DNA from: Nitrosopumilus sp.
GTDB taxonomy: Archaea > Thermoproteota > Nitrososphaeria > Nitrososphaerales > Nitrosopumilaceae
Assembly: GCA_965203315.1 (NCBI GenBank)
Contig: CBDBCE010000004.1
Coordinates: 256,001-320,000, forward strand
Reading direction: 5' to 3'
Length of the DNA: 64,000 bases
In this document: piece by piece, positions 62,719 to 64,000 of the stretch
How the letters are laid out: every line of letters begins with the position of its first letter
Position numbering within the stretch: the stretch's first letter is position 1
Made by a program: the position numbers and the translations under genes
The notes under the pieces: generated by a model
What the model was told of the DNA's origin: nothing
Database searches by the model: none
What the model saw: the letters and a program-made list of their open reading frames with translations, nothing else

Positions 62719-63148
62719 GTTTGTATTCTGGATGTGATGTATCAAGTACACCATTCATCTGGCATAATATTCAATTCCTGTTGATTATTAGGGTTGAGTT
62801 GAAATGTACACAAAAAGGACAACTTTGTGATATTCTATCTTGAGGATCTCTTCGATTTGTGTCGGATATGATTTTACAGAAAAAGTACTAGGATTCTATA
62901 AGGAAAATTTAGTGAGGACAGTCTTATAAAATCTAATCATACGTAAACCAAAAAGATCTGCGGTGGATGAAGCAATGATAAAAAATTAGAAAATTTACCT
63001 ATTTCAAGATCCAAATACCAAAACAGAGTTTTTAAAATGCCATCTCAACCAATCAACAAAATTTTTGGATAATTATGTACGATCTTGCATTCTACTACAA
63101 ATTACAAAGACTGATGGTATAGCATTTGAAAAGACTGATAACTAGTGA

Positions 63149-63979
63149 ATGCATAGCAATGCAGAGTTGAATAAAAGACGAATAGATAATCTACTAGACG
63201 AAGCGACTGCTTTATTATCCAAGGGAAGAAATAAAGAAGCGCTAGTAGTTTGTGATGAGGTACTGAGTATAGATCCAACAGATCAATATGCACATGTTTT
63301 TAAAACTACGATATATAGCAGATTACGACTATACGAAAAAGGACTCAAAAGTATTGGACTAGCGTTAAAGTATGGAGATCCTGATTTAAGACTAGATCAC
63401 ATAATCGTAAAGATCGAGATATTGTATAATTGTGGTAGATTTGAAGAATCGTTAGCACTAATAGATGAAGCGATAAAAGATGGTGTAGAGCCTTCAGAAT
63501 TGGCATTCTTGAAGGGTCTATCATTACACGGAAAGTACACCATGATCATGGATTATACTATTGCAAAGCAGATATTACATTGTTACAAGGAAGCGTTAAA
63601 AACCGGTCATGATCGTCATGATATTTTCTATAATATGGGGAGACTATTCAGTAATATTAAAAGATATGACACCTCAGTAAAATATTTTGATCGTTCACTA
63701 TCAATTAATCCAACAAATAGCCAAGTCATGGTAGAGAAGGCAGTTGCACTCTATCATGGCGACAGAACAGAAGAAGCAGCAGAGTGTTGCATGGATCTAG
63801 TACGACTCGAACCAAATGATGCTGGTGTACAATACAAACTCTGTTACGTACTCTTTAGTCTTGGTCTAGTCCATGAGGCATTAGATGCAGTAAACATAGC
63901 ATACCGTCTAGACCCTTCTCTTCCAGGTATCGAAAAAACTAGAAAAGTAATAAGAACAGAATTCGAATCTCCAACCTAA
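63149..63979 (+). CDS. TPR repeat protein
   Basis: Repeated A..C....L...P helical TPR-like motifs. Confidence 0.85.
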   Translation: MHSNAELNKRRIDNLLDEATALLSKGRNKEALVVCDEVLSIDPTDQYAHVFKTTIYSRLRLYEKGLKSIGLALKYGDPDLRLDHIIVKIEILYNCGRFEESLALIDEAIKDGVEPSELAFLKGLSLHGKYTMIMDYTIAKQILHCYKEALKTGHDRHDIFYNMGRLFSNIKRYDTSVKYFDRSLSINPTNSQVMVEKAVALYHGDRTEEAAECCMDLVRLEPNDAGVQYKLCYVLFSLGLVHEALDAVNIAYRLDPSLPGIEKTRKVIRTEFESPT

Positions 63980-64000
63980 TTTCACCACTTAACCATGGAT

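Larger units (their letters stand above)
57729..62959 (+). mobile_element. Putative MITE-bounded composite cassette 2 carrying the 1591-aa surface protein
   Basis: MITE-B copies at 57729-57835 and 62844-62959 in inverted orientation. Flanks GCGGTGTAC (57720-57728) and GCGGTGGAT (62960-62968). Confidence 0.68.

Noticed and set aside
1-64000. tRNA or rRNA genes
   Set aside because: No GC-rich structured segment or tRNA motif recognised.

Overview
Low-GC archaeal DNA from an ammonia-oxidising thaumarchaeote (Nitrososphaerota, Nitrosopumilaceae-like). It is probably host-associated, e.g. a sponge symbiont; this is inferred from the Liv transporter, giant surface proteins, TPR protein and many IS/MITE scars. 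The core backbone carries pus10, eS31/eS24, apgM, galT-like, thiDN, thiC, an archaeal shikimate/aromatic cluster with no aroA in it, and mqnC/ubiD. Accessory DNA interrupts it: an intact IS481-family element with a 15-bp target duplication, three MITE families, three decayed TA modules, a Liv ABC locus with a secreted serine protease, and a type III-like restriction-modification pair. Main candidate system: two paralogous giant modular surface-protein genes (3085 aa and 1591 aa). Each sits inside a cassette bounded by inverted copies of one ~110-bp MITE with apparent 9-bp target-site duplications. Each has a G11-12 tract between the TATA box and a TTG start. A third G11 tract precedes the TTG of the mod methyltransferase. 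Together this suggests mobile, recombining, phase-variable surface antigens plus a possible archaeal phasevarion. All alignments and counts were done by eye.
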